A stretch of 64,000 nucleotides of DNA from Alphaproteobacteria bacterium (GCA_017477185.1 JAFUXF010000020.1:1884-65883), one strand, 5' to 3'. Positions 18,694 through 28,816 are shown, counted from the first letter of the stretch. Notes: generated by a model from the sequence alone, not told the origin. Translations and numbers: made by a program.

Positions 18694-21531
18694 TTATTCT
18701 TTTAGTAAGTCATTTATGATATTGCTAATGCTTTGGTCTGATTGTATTTCTCGCCATTCTATTTTCTCATTTTTCATCTTCTCAAAGAATTTCTTTTGAG
18801 ATATTATAATATCCTCATCTGACACTCGTTTATTTGTATCATTTGGCTTTGCTTCTACAAATAAGTTAATTTTAATATTATTCCCTTTTTTAATGGCATA
18901 AATAAAATCAGGAGATGTTGTTCCTCCGGTATATTTAGGAACTTGAATACATCTTTTAGGAAGTTTACCAAATACTATAATCTCGTTAGGTGGGGTTGTC
19001 TGTAATATCTCTTTTTCTGGCTCACTATCATAAACTTTTTTATCATAAAGATAATTTGGCTCAATTTTGAAAGAATTATCTTCGCTAGTCCCCAATTCGT
19101 TTTGAGGTATATCATCAACAAATTCACCATCTTTCATCAAAGATGTATTTGCTGAAAAATCCAAAGAATCATAATCAAATTTTTGAGCATAATTCTCGTG
19201 AAACTCGGACTTAAACTTGTTTACAATATTTTGCAGACTTGCAGTATTGAATTTTTCCTTATTTAAACCTGTGGCATAAACCTTACATAAAGCTTTATGC
19301 CATAAATTAACACCTACACAGGTTAGTTTTGAAAGTTCTGTTAAAAACTTCCCATAAGGAATAATATCAACGGGGATATTTGTTGATTTTTTCTCTATTT
19401 CAAGACACAATCCTCCTGTTATTTCATTTCTGACCAGTTTATTGATTATTATTTCACCCACATTAGATGTAAAAGCATCTTTGACAGCACTGATTAAAAT
19501 ATTTTCCAAGTCAGACAAAGAAATGCTATCATATTTAATCATATAGCGTTTAACAACCTGCTGCCATAGGTCTTTAAGCTGATTCCAGTTAGGTTTATTT
19601 AATTTAACTCTATTATCCAATTTTTTATTAACTGTAATGGCTCTGGGATTAAGTTTACCCCAACCATTTGGTAATAATTCTTCAAGTTTGGAAAGTTCTA
19701 TAATATTATCTTCTTCATCAATAATATCATCTAATAGTAATTTACCTTTTGCTTTTGCGATATTTATTGCATAATTGCTTTTTACTAATGCATCTAAAAT
19801 ATCAGGAGTTAATTTCATTATGCCTGAGTTATCAATATTAGCATTGATTTCACCGAGCAATTTAGCGGCAAATCCCTTTTCTGACCAATCAATAATGAAA
19901 TTAAGTCTAAATTCTTGATTTGATATTCTTCTACCATTCTCATCTACCGGCAATCGCAAGCCACGACCAACTTCTTGAATTTTACTGATTTCGCTGCCTG
20001 ATGTTCGTAATTTTGTGATAGTAAATACATTAGGGTTATCCCAACCTTCTTTCAAAGTCCATTTGGAAAATAAGAATCTGCAAAGTTCCCATTTACCATT
20101 TTCGTCCTTAAAAGAAAGTAATTTATCTTTACCATTTAATATTTTATCAACTTCATCTTGAAATTCTTTATCATCTTTATCACCGGAAAAATATCCTGCG
20201 TGTGTCTTTGATATGTTATCTAAACTTTCCTCTAAGAATTTTTTATAGTCAGGTAAAGTTTCAATTTGTATCAACTGTTTTAATTTTTCTTTGAGCAATT
20301 TTTCAAAAGTATCTTTAAGCCAAGTCTCGGCTCCTTCTTTTTCGGGGCGATATGATTTAATATCATCGATAAAAAATAAAGCTAATGTCTTTATTTTTGC
20401 AGGATTCTCACCACAACTTTCTCTAATCCAATTAGCTCGTTCTGCCTCAAAATGTGCATCTATTGCCTGCTTCAACAATAACTCTTGATAAGATTTTGTA
20501 TAGACTTCTGGAATTAACTCCATACCTTCATACACTTCTAACCCATTTGACAATTGTTTCATTCCGTCATAAAGTAATCCATCGTCAAAATCAGAAGGCA
20601 ACATATCGCCAACATTAAGTACTATACTGTTATTTTGATGATTTTTACGAAGAGTAAGTTGCCTATTTGTTAATCCTACAACCTTATATCTATTTTGAGA
20701 TTGTTTGTCTGAAATATTTTCCGGATATTGAACATCTATAAATTTTACCAATCCTTTATTAAAAGCATCAACCGCATTTAAGTCATATACCAAGTTTTTA
20801 TAATCTATTTTCTGCGTTCTATTTCTACCAGCTCCTATTGTTCTTACAGGAAAAGTAGCCCCAAATCTCAAAATTATTTGCGGCTCTAATTCCGTAATTT
20901 TCTCCCAAGCCTTTGTATTTTCATGAAAACGGTGAGGTTCGTCAATGATGATAACAGGATGCACCATTTTAATTGCTTCAATCGGACAAGAACTTGAAAA
21001 TAAAAGTGTTTGGTCATAATCATTTCTCGCCATTGAAGAACTTGTAAGCATATCATCATTTAGCAACAGGCATTTAATAGTCCTTTTATCGTTTCTTGTT
21101 GCTTCCAAAAATTCCATCAGTTTAGCAGGGATTGTTTTTCTTCCTTTTTTTGTGCTAAAATCACCTGCATTGATATAACACAAATCTATACGAGTATTTT
21201 CATATTCAGGTATATCTGCAAAATGTTGACGAGCATAATCTGATTGAATAAAACTCTTTGTTCCTTCTTTAATTGCTAACGATGGAACAAATATTATAAA
21301 TTTATTGATACCAAAACGCGTAAATAATTCATACATTGTTCGTGTATATACATAAGTCTTTCCTGTTCCTGTTTCCATCTTAACATCAATATAAAAAGGC
21401 TCAGATATTTTTTTATCAAGTATCGGATTTGCATAAACATCACCTTTTTCAAAATGACAGTTATCCAAAGCCTTTATTATTGCTTTTAATGCTGATTGTT
21501 GATGAGCCAATTCTTCTAAAACAAGTTTCAT
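18694..21531 (-). CDS. res: Type III restriction endonuclease Res subunit
   Basis: METGTGKT, IIDEPH, LKEGWDNPNVF, QEVGRGLRL, SPDF...FVEAK. Confidence 0.95.
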   Translation of the reverse strand: MKLVLEELAHQQSALKAIIKALDNCHFEKGDVYANPILDKKISEPFYIDVKMETGTGKTYVYTRTMYELFTRFGINKFIIFVPSLAIKEGTKSFIQSDYARQHFADIPEYENTRIDLCYINAGDFSTKKGRKTIPAKLMEFLEATRNDKRTIKCLLLNDDMLTSSSMARNDYDQTLLFSSSCPIEAIKMVHPVIIIDEPHRFHENTKAWEKITELEPQIILRFGATFPVRTIGAGRNRTQKIDYKNLVYDLNAVDAFNKGLVKFIDVQYPENISDKQSQNRYKVVGLTNRQLTLRKNHQNNSIVLNVGDMLPSDFDDGLLYDGMKQLSNGLEVYEGMELIPEVYTKSYQELLLKQAIDAHFEAERANWIRESCGENPAKIKTLALFFIDDIKSYRPEKEGAETWLKDTFEKLLKEKLKQLIQIETLPDYKKFLEESLDNISKTHAGYFSGDKDDKEFQDEVDKILNGKDKLLSFKDENGKWELCRFLFSKWTLKEGWDNPNVFTITKLRTSGSEISKIQEVGRGLRLPVDENGRRISNQEFRLNFIIDWSEKGFAAKLLGEINANIDNSGIMKLTPDILDALVKSNYAINIAKAKGKLLLDDIIDEEDNIIELSKLEELLPNGWGKLNPRAITVNKKLDNRVKLNKPNWNQLKDLWQQVVKRYMIKYDSISLSDLENILISAVKDAFTSNVGEIIINKLVRNEITGGLCLEIEKKSTNIPVDIIPYGKFLTELSKLTCVGVNLWHKALCKVYATGLNKEKFNTASLQNIVNKFKSEFHENYAQKFDYDSLDFSANTSLMKDGEFVDDIPQNELGTSEDNSFKIEPNYLYDKKVYDSEPEKEILQTTPPNEIIVFGKLPKRCIQVPKYTGGTTSPDFIYAIKKGNNIKINLFVEAKPNDTNKRVSDEDIIISQKKFFEKMKNEKIEWREIQSDQSISNIINDLLKE

Positions 21532-23390
21532 TAAAACCTCTCAATCAACTTTATATCATTACTCAAAACAGATTTTAGGTTATTTTTTAGTTCTGTCAGA
21601 GATGTAAAATCAAATGAATGGCTATATACCACAATGCTTTGAACTATTAGTTCATTTTTACCAATTTTATTGAGCAAATCCTTCGTCGCATCACTGTTCC
21701 ATCCGGTATCAATTAAATACAACCGACGAGATTCCTTTGGTGTGTACGCAGTATAACTACCGAATTTTTTCTCTTCAACTGACGTTGTGAGGGCATATCC
21801 GTCATCAACTAACCAGGTTGTCAGCAGTGTTTGCATGCCAGAAGCTTTTAATGTTGTATTTAAGTTTTTACCAGAAAAAGATTCAACCATGTTATCACAA
21901 ATAAGTGTTTTATCATTAGGATTAAATTCATCAATTTTTTCTAATATCTTTGTATCATTAATTTTAGCCAATTTATAATGCTTGAATCCTGAGAAATCAC
22001 CAAGTTGTTTCGCTGCTTTTTTTATTCTATCACGAGCAATTTGGTCTATGGTTCTGTACCCCGCCTTTCTGGCTTCTCCATCTTCTTTGGTCGGCTCATC
22101 TAATTGAACCATAATATATTTACGATGACCATTATCTTTACTATTTAGAGCCATTACAGCGTGTGCAGTAGTAGCGGAACCTGCAAAAAAATCTAACACA
22201 ATAGAATCGTGATTGCTTCCCATTTCAATAATATCACAAATCATATCTACTGGCTTAGGAAAAGGAAATACTTTGGCTCCCATTAAATTTTTTAATTCCA
22301 GAGTTCCCTTTTCCGTATTTACTTCTTTTGTATTCCAAATGGAACGAGCCATATGATTTTTTTCTCTATATTTTTCAATTATTTGATAGCCGCCATCTTT
22401 CATTTTTTTTGCTAATATATTAATATTTAAATTATTTTTTGATTTTTCCTTTCCCCACCGCCAAACAGTTTTATAACCCTGCGATTCCTTAGGATATAAT
22501 TCAATCCAATTTTCTTTTTTTTCTAATGATATTTCATAAAATTCATTATCTATAATTTTATTGGGATTAATATAAAATGGGTAGTACAAATTAGGACGAT
22601 TTTCTGAGGTAAAGGCAATATTTCTATTTCTTAATTCTCTTATTTCAAATCCGCCCATATTATCTTCAAATGGAAATTTCTTATCTTCATCTCTAATATT
22701 ATTAATTTCAGCTTCGGAAGTCTTCTTATACACTAACAAATAATCATGCATTCTTGCTATACCACCATAGTCTCGTCCACGAGGATTACTGGCTACTGTA
22801 ATTTGCCCGACAAAATTGCTTTCACCAAATAATGAAATATCATTACATAACGCTCTCAAATTCGTTTGTTCATTATCATCTATCGATATAAAAATTATAC
22901 CATTTTCAGCTAATAAATATTTCGCTAAAATTAACCGAGGAAGTATAAAAGTTAACCAAGCAGAATGTGATGATTTTCCTTGTAATGCTTTAATACGAGC
23001 AACTTCCATTTCTGATAAACCTAATTTAACCTTTAATTCATCTGATGAAAACTCAAATTTGTCTGGATACTCAAACCCATCAGAACCCGTATTATAGGGT
23101 GGGTCTATATAAATCATCTTAATCCGCCCCACATAAGCGTTCAATAGATGTTTTAAGGCATCAAGATTATTACCCGTAATAAAAATGTTTTCACTATTTC
23201 TATTTTGTTCTTGATTATTCCACTCGGTATCTGGAACTAAAACTGTTTCTGTGGGTAGCCCTGTAATAAATTTGGCATAATCTTTACCAACAAAACGCAA
23301 TTGGTAGCCATCGTGTATTTCTTCTTTATCCGGATTCTCTAATTTTGCTTCCTTTAATTCTTTACGAATAGCTTGTAGTCCTTCAAACAT
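21531..23390 (-). CDS. mod: Type III adenine methyltransferase Mod subunit
   Basis: IYIDPPYNTG, FPKP, VLDFFAGSATT; likely ATG at 23390 after GGAG; TAATG-coupled to res. Confidence 0.95.
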   Translation of the reverse strand: MFEGLQAIRKELKEAKLENPDKEEIHDGYQLRFVGKDYAKFITGLPTETVLVPDTEWNNQEQNRNSENIFITGNNLDALKHLLNAYVGRIKMIYIDPPYNTGSDGFEYPDKFEFSSDELKVKLGLSEMEVARIKALQGKSSHSAWLTFILPRLILAKYLLAENGIIFISIDDNEQTNLRALCNDISLFGESNFVGQITVASNPRGRDYGGIARMHDYLLVYKKTSEAEINNIRDEDKKFPFEDNMGGFEIRELRNRNIAFTSENRPNLYYPFYINPNKIIDNEFYEISLEKKENWIELYPKESQGYKTVWRWGKEKSKNNLNINILAKKMKDGGYQIIEKYREKNHMARSIWNTKEVNTEKGTLELKNLMGAKVFPFPKPVDMICDIIEMGSNHDSIVLDFFAGSATTAHAVMALNSKDNGHRKYIMVQLDEPTKEDGEARKAGYRTIDQIARDRIKKAAKQLGDFSGFKHYKLAKINDTKILEKIDEFNPNDKTLICDNMVESFSGKNLNTTLKASGMQTLLTTWLVDDGYALTTSVEEKKFGSYTAYTPKESRRLYLIDTGWNSDATKDLLNKIGKNELIVQSIVVYSHSFDFTSLTELKNNLKSVLSNDIKLIERF

Positions 23391-23635
23391 CACAGTCTCC
23401 CAAATGAACAATCCAATGAACTTTAAATTGTTCATTTTTTAAGACATTCAGAGAAAGCAATTTAACACATAAAAAACATTGGCATTTCAAGACATTCACA
23501 ATAATTTTGAAATTGTTATTGCAAAATTTAAAAGTGAATTGTATGTTTTTTTAATAAGTTCTTTAATTTTCAACATATTCCCCATAATATTTCTGATTTT
23601 TTTATAAATAATATTAGAAATAACAGGGGGATAAA

Positions 23636-24253
23636 ATGACGATATATGCCTATGTCAGGGTGAGTTCTGCTGTTCAAAATGAAGAAAATCAGCATTACGA
23701 GATAGAACAATTTGCTACTGCCAACAGCCTAATCATTAACGAATGGATTGAAGAAACAATAAGTTCCGGTAAAGACCTCAAAAAGCGGAAGTTTAACTCT
23801 TTACTCAAAAAAATGAAAAAAGATGATATCCTGATTACCACAGAACTATCCAGAATCGGTCGAAAATCATTTGAAATTATGGGAATTCTGTACGAATGCC
23901 TGAATAAAGGTTGTCAGGTTTGGACAACCAAGGAACATTACCGGCTCGGAAATGACCTTAATTCGCAGATTTTAGCTTTTGCCTTTTCTATCTCAGCAAC
24001 CATAGAAAAGGAACTTATTGCCGCCAGAACTCGCGAAACTTTGGCAAGGTTAAAAAGTGCGGGAGTTAAATTAGGTCGTCCGTTTGGTTCAAAAAATAAA
24101 TCCTATAAGTTAGAAGGTAAGGAAAAAGAGATTAAAGACCTGCTTGATAAAGGAATATCAAAAGCTAATATTTGTAAAATGTATGGTGTGCATCGCAGTA
24201 GTTTGTACCACTTTATAAAGAGGTCTATTTCATCATCTCAGCCAGTTCAATAA
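23636..24253 (+). CDS. Serine recombinase, Mpi-like DNA invertase/resolvase
   Basis: YAYVRVSS, ELSRIGR, KLGRP, C-terminal HTH. Confidence 0.93.
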   Translation: MTIYAYVRVSSAVQNEENQHYEIEQFATANSLIINEWIEETISSGKDLKKRKFNSLLKKMKKDDILITTELSRIGRKSFEIMGILYECLNKGCQVWTTKEHYRLGNDLNSQILAFAFSISATIEKELIAARTRETLARLKSAGVKLGRPFGSKNKSYKLEGKEKEIKDLLDKGISKANICKMYGVHRSSLYHFIKRSISSSQPVQ

Positions 24254-24674
24254 CCGTTGCTCCTTGGTTTTGGGCTCGTTTGCAAAAGCCATAAGCCCGA
24301 CCTTGATATTTATTATAGGCTATGACGAAATCCGTGTTATCTGCTATCCAGTTATTTCTCTTAGAAATACACCAACGTTTGGCATTTTCGGCTTCCGGAG
24401 GATAATAGAACTCATCAAAATACTCTGTATGATTGTTGAGGTCTTGCATATTGGCTATTACAAGAATGATATGAATGTCTGGAAATTCCTTGTTTTTTAG
24501 GTTGATAATAGTGTGGTAAGTATCAATCTCATAGCTTCCTTTTTCACCGACCAGAAAGGTATCAACACCTTCATCGGTAATAAGCCTACGGATTTGTTTA
24601 ACAACTTTATCCATCAGACCTATCGGTTGCCCCAGACCGTAGTCATTACCTAAAAAAGCACAGGTTTTTCCCAT
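24225..24674 (-). CDS. SLOG-family (YpsA/DUF1273-like) protein
   Basis: TCAFLGN, GVDTFLVG, ISKRNNWIADNTDFVIAY, G.TVIEL. Confidence 0.75.
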   Translation of the reverse strand: MGKTCAFLGNDYGLGQPIGLMDKVVKQIRRLITDEGVDTFLVGEKGSYEIDTYHTIINLKNKEFPDIHIILVIANMQDLNNHTEYFDEFYYPPEAENAKRWCISKRNNWIADNTDFVIAYNKYQGRAYGFCKRAQNQGATVIELAEMMK

Positions 24675-24953
24675 TACAAGTATCCAAAATTATACCTGAA
24701 CTGGGTTTAACAGAAATGAACATTTTTGTTAGGTGTCGGCTATTGAAAAAAACAGAGAAACAGAAATTACCATTAAATCTGCTGATACTCCTTATTTTCC
24801 TGAGGTTTTGCTTATATATATGTCTTGTTTGGGCAGATGGAATATCCGCCTCAAAAAGCGAAAAAATTAGTTGATTTTATCGTTGGTTAAAATTGCAGAA
24901 CATTATCATCATAAATCTTTGATTCTCCGATAAATATATAAAAGGAGAATTTT

Positions 24954-25550
24954 ATGATTTATGGATATATCCGCAAAAGCACAGAAAAACAGTCATTTGA
25001 GCATATGGAGTATGAAATTAACGAATATGCTGCCAAGCATAATATGAAAATTGATGTCTGGATTGAGGAAACAATATCTTCTCGCAAGCCATTAAACAAA
25101 AGAAAACTCGGTGCATTACTTGAAGAAATAAAGGATGGTGATACCTTGATATGCTCGGAACTATCAAGGATTTCTAGGTCTGTTCCAGAAACTTTCTCCA
25201 TTCTGCAAACCTGTTTGAACAAGAATTGCCAAGTCATCACAATCAAAGAGAACTATCATTTAGGAAATGATCTACAATCACAGGTATTAGCCTTTGCTTT
25301 TGGGCTTGCCAGTCAAATAGAAAGAGACCTTATCAGCCAAAGAACCAAATGCTCACTTGCTTCCAAGAAAGAACAAGGAATCAAGCTCGGAAGACCTGTT
25401 GGAGCAGAATCCAAGAGGTTAAAACTCAGCAAAAATCTTAAACGCATTCAAGATTTACTGGATAAAGGTGTTTCCAAGAACCAAATATCAAAAATAATGG
25501 GTGTTCAGTATATGACGCTTTCAAGATTTATAAAGAGAATGGGGTTATAA
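24954..25550 (+). CDS. Serine recombinase, Mpi-like DNA invertase/resolvase
   Basis: IYGYIRKST, ELSRISRS, ERDLISQRT, KLGRP, HTH. Confidence 0.93.
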   Translation: MIYGYIRKSTEKQSFEHMEYEINEYAAKHNMKIDVWIEETISSRKPLNKRKLGALLEEIKDGDTLICSELSRISRSVPETFSILQTCLNKNCQVITIKENYHLGNDLQSQVLAFAFGLASQIERDLISQRTKCSLASKKEQGIKLGRPVGAESKRLKLSKNLKRIQDLLDKGVSKNQISKIMGVQYMTLSRFIKRMGL

Positions 25551-25847
25551 AAAAATTTCCCTAAACTTCTTTACTAAATCCGGATTTTTTGCCCAACCTT
25601 GCAGGATTTTATCGCCGTCGGAGTGGTCAATCATGAAGCCGAAGAACTCATCAGAAAAGCCAAGTTTACGGCGAATTGTCTGATGATCTGCCATATCTGC
25701 CTGCCAAGCGTATGCTTCCGAGCCATTGTATAGAACACGTACGGCTTTATGCCTATCTAGCAAGGCATTTAGCTCGTTTCTTGATGATAAAAGGTAGATA
25801 TCAACCGAAGATGACGGGCTTACAGCAATTTCCTTTAACAGAGGCAT
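25545..25847 (-). CDS. Hypothetical protein, phage-like
   Basis: 100-aa ORF with AGGAG RBS. Confidence 0.65.
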   Translation of the reverse strand: MPLLKEIAVSPSSSVDIYLLSSRNELNALLDRHKAVRVLYNGSEAYAWQADMADHQTIRRKLGFSDEFFGFMIDHSDGDKILQGWAKNPDLVKKFREIFL

Positions 25848-26069
25848 GGTTTTCTCCTTAATTTATATATAGGCTATCGCTCTGATAGAAATTTTTCAAC
25901 CTAATATTTTATTGAATGCCATAAAATGACATCACTAAGGCATGCCACATATTGACTTTTTGAGCGGAATTTGTTATACGTCAACTATAAGAGATCATAA
26001 TAACATCTCTTAAAAGTGAATTTATGAACCAACTTGTCCCACTTCTGAGCGGACTAAAAGGAGATTACA

Positions 26070-26678
26070 ATGACTTTATCTGACTATCGTCAGCATTATG
26101 CTGACTTATATAGTAAAATCCAAACAGCACAAAGTGATTTAGACGACTATCTTTATGAAACCCGTGATAGTTTTAGCCGTCTTTACAAAAAACAGCAAGA
26201 GATTGATAAACGCTGGTTTGTAGCTCATTTGGACTATATCCTGAGACACGCGGATGAATTTAAGGAAAGCAAACAACTTAACAATATAGTGATTGATTTT
26301 TTGCTTCCTTATCGCAGTGCCGGAATGGTTGCAGGGTTTGCTTGGAATTCCTCTGAGGAATACAAAATCTACCTGAAAGACTTGATAAATCTTTGGGATA
26401 GCGGATTTTGCTATAAAGACAATCCAATCATCTCATATCAGGTTATCTGCCATTATGGGCGAAAAATAATTCTCGAATATGTTCAAAACGGGCGTATCAA
26501 ACAGATTACAGAAGAATACAAAAATGGTTCCAATCCTCTTGAACTCTCGAAAGAGCTGATTTCCCAAGTAAATGCCTACGACATTTCAGATCAATATCCT
26601 GACTGGAAGATTTACAAAACCATAGATGTGGTAAGGAAGATTTTGGATAAAAGGGAGAAAAACGATGAGATGGTATAA
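26070..26678 (+). CDS. Hypothetical protein
   Basis: 202-aa ORF, AAGGAG RBS, upstream TTGACT-17-TATACG promoter-like sequence. Confidence 0.75.
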   Translation: MTLSDYRQHYADLYSKIQTAQSDLDDYLYETRDSFSRLYKKQQEIDKRWFVAHLDYILRHADEFKESKQLNNIVIDFLLPYRSAGMVAGFAWNSSEEYKIYLKDLINLWDSGFCYKDNPIISYQVICHYGRKIILEYVQNGRIKQITEEYKNGSNPLELSKELISQVNAYDISDQYPDWKIYKTIDVVRKILDKREKNDEMV

Positions 26679-27333
26679 ATATAGCCGTATTGGCAAGCAA
26701 ATAGTTCTATGGCTGCTAAACAATCGTATTTTCTTCTTTTATCAGCCGTTTGAAAAAGGATATGAGTTTGAATTGCGATTTTATATTACCAAACGCCATG
26801 AGATAGCTCTTTATGGCTATGGCGATTTTGAGTGGAAGCACCCCTTTTCGGCAGCAGTTAAATTCAAGCGGACACGAATGAAGGCTAGTATAGCTCTGTT
26901 CGGCTGGGAGATCTCGTTTAGAGTTGGCAAAGTCTTTTGTGATGAGTATGATGCTCACCGAGATATTTATTTTCCATATGGTGAATTAGTTGATGGTAAT
27001 TGGCACGCCTATTTGGATAAAAAAATGACAATACCCGAAAACTATGTGAAGCCGCAACCGCAGCGAAAAAAGAATTTTTATAAATCAAAACGCATCAAAA
27101 TTTATAATAAAGATTATCAGAACTGCCCGTTCGGACGCGTTGTTGAGATTGCTCTGCCGTTTCATCATTACCTTAAATTTGATTTTCAAAAGCCTTTTGA
27201 ATACTGGGAATGGCTGGGATTTATGTTTGATATCGATTTTTCCAAAGGTTTTGATGTATTTGGCAAAATTATGCTTTGTAAATTGGAATTTATCGCCGAG
27301 ATAGCTCCAAAGAAAGGAGGTAAAAATGACTAA
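26665..27333 (+). CDS. Hypothetical aromatic-rich protein
   Basis: 222-aa ORF overlapping both neighbours, GGGAG RBS. Confidence 0.72.
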   Translation: MRWYKYSRIGKQIVLWLLNNRIFFFYQPFEKGYEFELRFYITKRHEIALYGYGDFEWKHPFSAAVKFKRTRMKASIALFGWEISFRVGKVFCDEYDAHRDIYFPYGELVDGNWHAYLDKKMTIPENYVKPQPQRKKNFYKSKRIKIYNKDYQNCPFGRVVEIALPFHHYLKFDFQKPFEYWEWLGFMFDIDFSKGFDVFGKIMLCKLEFIAEIAPKKGGKND

Positions 27334-27823
27334 ACAACTTTTCTGGCAACGATGGTTAAGAGGTGAAACGAAAAAAAGTCTAAGAGAATGGCTTGAAAGT
27401 CAAGGGGTAGATATTTCACTTTCTGGTGATAAACTCACCTTGTATCAACTTCAATGGATGGCTTTTGAAGAAGATTACGCTTTTTTCTGGGCTTATCTAT
27501 ATAAAAAATATACAGGACTCCCTGTTGACCTTAGACTTGATGAATTAGGTTGCCAACGCGGACGTAAGCTGGTTCACTTATCCAGACCTCTTTTAACTTT
27601 TCAAAATACATATGATGACAGAATTTGGGTTCCTTTGCCGATGAGTATCTCAAAAAATCCAAAGGTCTTGGAAGATGAAAAATATATCAAAATCAAGCCC
27701 GAAGATGTTGAAGCCGTGAGACAGTTTGTCATCAATCACTACGATTTACTGATGAAACACTGGAATCACGAGATTGATACGATGGAATTATGTGAAATTT
27801 TAGAAGAGGTAAACAATTCTTGA
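27326..27823 (+). CDS. Hypothetical protein with DUF4160-like C-terminal domain
   Basis: TGLPVDL...SISKNPKVL...VEAVRQFVINHYDLLMKHWN pattern; AGGAGG RBS. Confidence 0.6.
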   Translation: MTKQLFWQRWLRGETKKSLREWLESQGVDISLSGDKLTLYQLQWMAFEEDYAFFWAYLYKKYTGLPVDLRLDELGCQRGRKLVHLSRPLLTFQNTYDDRIWVPLPMSISKNPKVLEDEKYIKIKPEDVEAVRQFVINHYDLLMKHWNHEIDTMELCEILEEVNNS

Positions 27824-27846
27824 CAGCATCCAAAAAAATTTATAAT
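27820..27846 (+). promoter_or_regulatory. Sigma70-like promoter for the ArfA-like ORF
   Basis: TTGACA (27820) and TATAAT (27841) with a short 15-bp spacer. Confidence 0.5.
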
Positions 27847-27878
27847 TAAAAATCCCAATTAAAATGAAAGGAAATAAA

Positions 27879-28064
27879 ATGAGAAAACAAAAACAAAAAC
27901 GATTTAGGACAGGCGAAGAGCGAGCATTGCTTTTTGACCTATTTCATAATGGGCTATACCGCCAGAAAGTCATAGCCAATAAGAAGAAAAAGAATGACAG
28001 AAAGTTGTGGCGAGCAAAAAGAGAGGGCTATCCTTTAATTACGTTTTATTTTGAATGTGCTTAA
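27879..28064 (+). CDS. ArfA-like alternative ribosome-rescue factor
   Basis: Basic 61-aa protein; ALLFDLFHNGLYRQKVIANKKKK aligns with E. coli ArfA ALLHDPLFRQRVEKNKKGK; hydrophobic tail; AAAGGA RBS. Confidence 0.6.
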   Translation: MRKQKQKRFRTGEERALLFDLFHNGLYRQKVIANKKKKNDRKLWRAKREGYPLITFYFECA

Positions 28065-28082
28065 ACGATAGCCTTCTTTTTT
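28016..28082. terminator. ~30-bp hairpin spanning the ArfA-like stop codon (RNase III site and/or bidirectional terminator)
   Basis: AAAAAGAGAGGGCTATCCTTTAATTACGTTT pairs with GAATGTGCTTAAACGATAGCCTTCTTTTTT. Confidence 0.75.
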
Positions 28083-28635
28083 ACTTACTTTTATTGAGAT
28101 AAGAATAAACAGTAGGACGACTGATATGTAGCTCTTTTGCTATTTTAGTTAATGAGTAATGTTTAGCATACATGTCATTCAATATTTTTACTTGCTCCGC
28201 CGATAATTTCTTTTTACCCCCTTTATATTTTCCTTTTTCCTTTGCCAGAGCAACACCTTCACGAACACGAGAAGCAATCAACTCTCTTTCCATTTCGGCA
28301 ACTGCTCCGATTATGGTGAGCATCAATTTCTGAACAGGGTCGTTCGTATTGCTATTAAAAGTTAGGTTTTCCTTTTTGAAACGGATTGTGGCACCTTTTT
28401 GGGTAATTGTATCCACTAATTCCAATAAATCACGAGTATTACGAGCAAGCCTGTCCATCGAGTGAACTTCTATCTGGTCATCAGGTCTAATAATATCCAA
28501 CATTAACTTTAATTGAGGTCTATCAGTGTTCTTACCAGATAATTTATCCTCGAAAATTCTGTCGTAATCTGCATCAACTAATTGTCTTTCATCATTCTGA
28601 TGGGCTGTTGATGTTCTCACATATAAAATCTTCAT
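28081..28635 (-). CDS. Serine resolvase (Tn3/Pin family)
   Basis: YVRTST, SGK..DRPQL, SMDRLARN, KYKGGKK, ISRPTVYSY. Confidence 0.95.
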   Translation of the reverse strand: MKILYVRTSTAHQNDERQLVDADYDRIFEDKLSGKNTDRPQLKLMLDIIRPDDQIEVHSMDRLARNTRDLLELVDTITQKGATIRFKKENLTFNSNTNDPVQKLMLTIIGAVAEMERELIASRVREGVALAKEKGKYKGGKKKLSAEQVKILNDMYAKHYSLTKIAKELHISRPTVYSYLNKSK

Positions 28636-28654
28636 TATAATACCCCTTTAAATA

Positions 28655-28745
28655 TGTAAAGTTATTATTACTATACTTTACAATTTGTAAAAAGTCAATC
28701 ATTTTATATGTAGATTTTACAAAATATCTATGTTGTTTTTACATT
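28655..28745. promoter_or_regulatory. Probable res site upstream of the resolvase
   Basis: TGTAAAGT-N12-ACTTTACA followed by further TGTAAA/TTTACA half-sites. Confidence 0.55.
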
Positions 28746-28816
28746 CATAAAGAAGCAAATCTGACATTAGTTTGATTTTATAAAGTAAAAGATTTTTAAT
28801 TTGATGCCTGACCATA

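Noticed and set aside
21531-23435. Phase-variable mod (phasevarion)
   Set aside because: No simple-sequence repeat tract seen in the ORF or promoter beyond short A/T runs. The 23435 start is also disfavoured versus 23390, which has an RBS.
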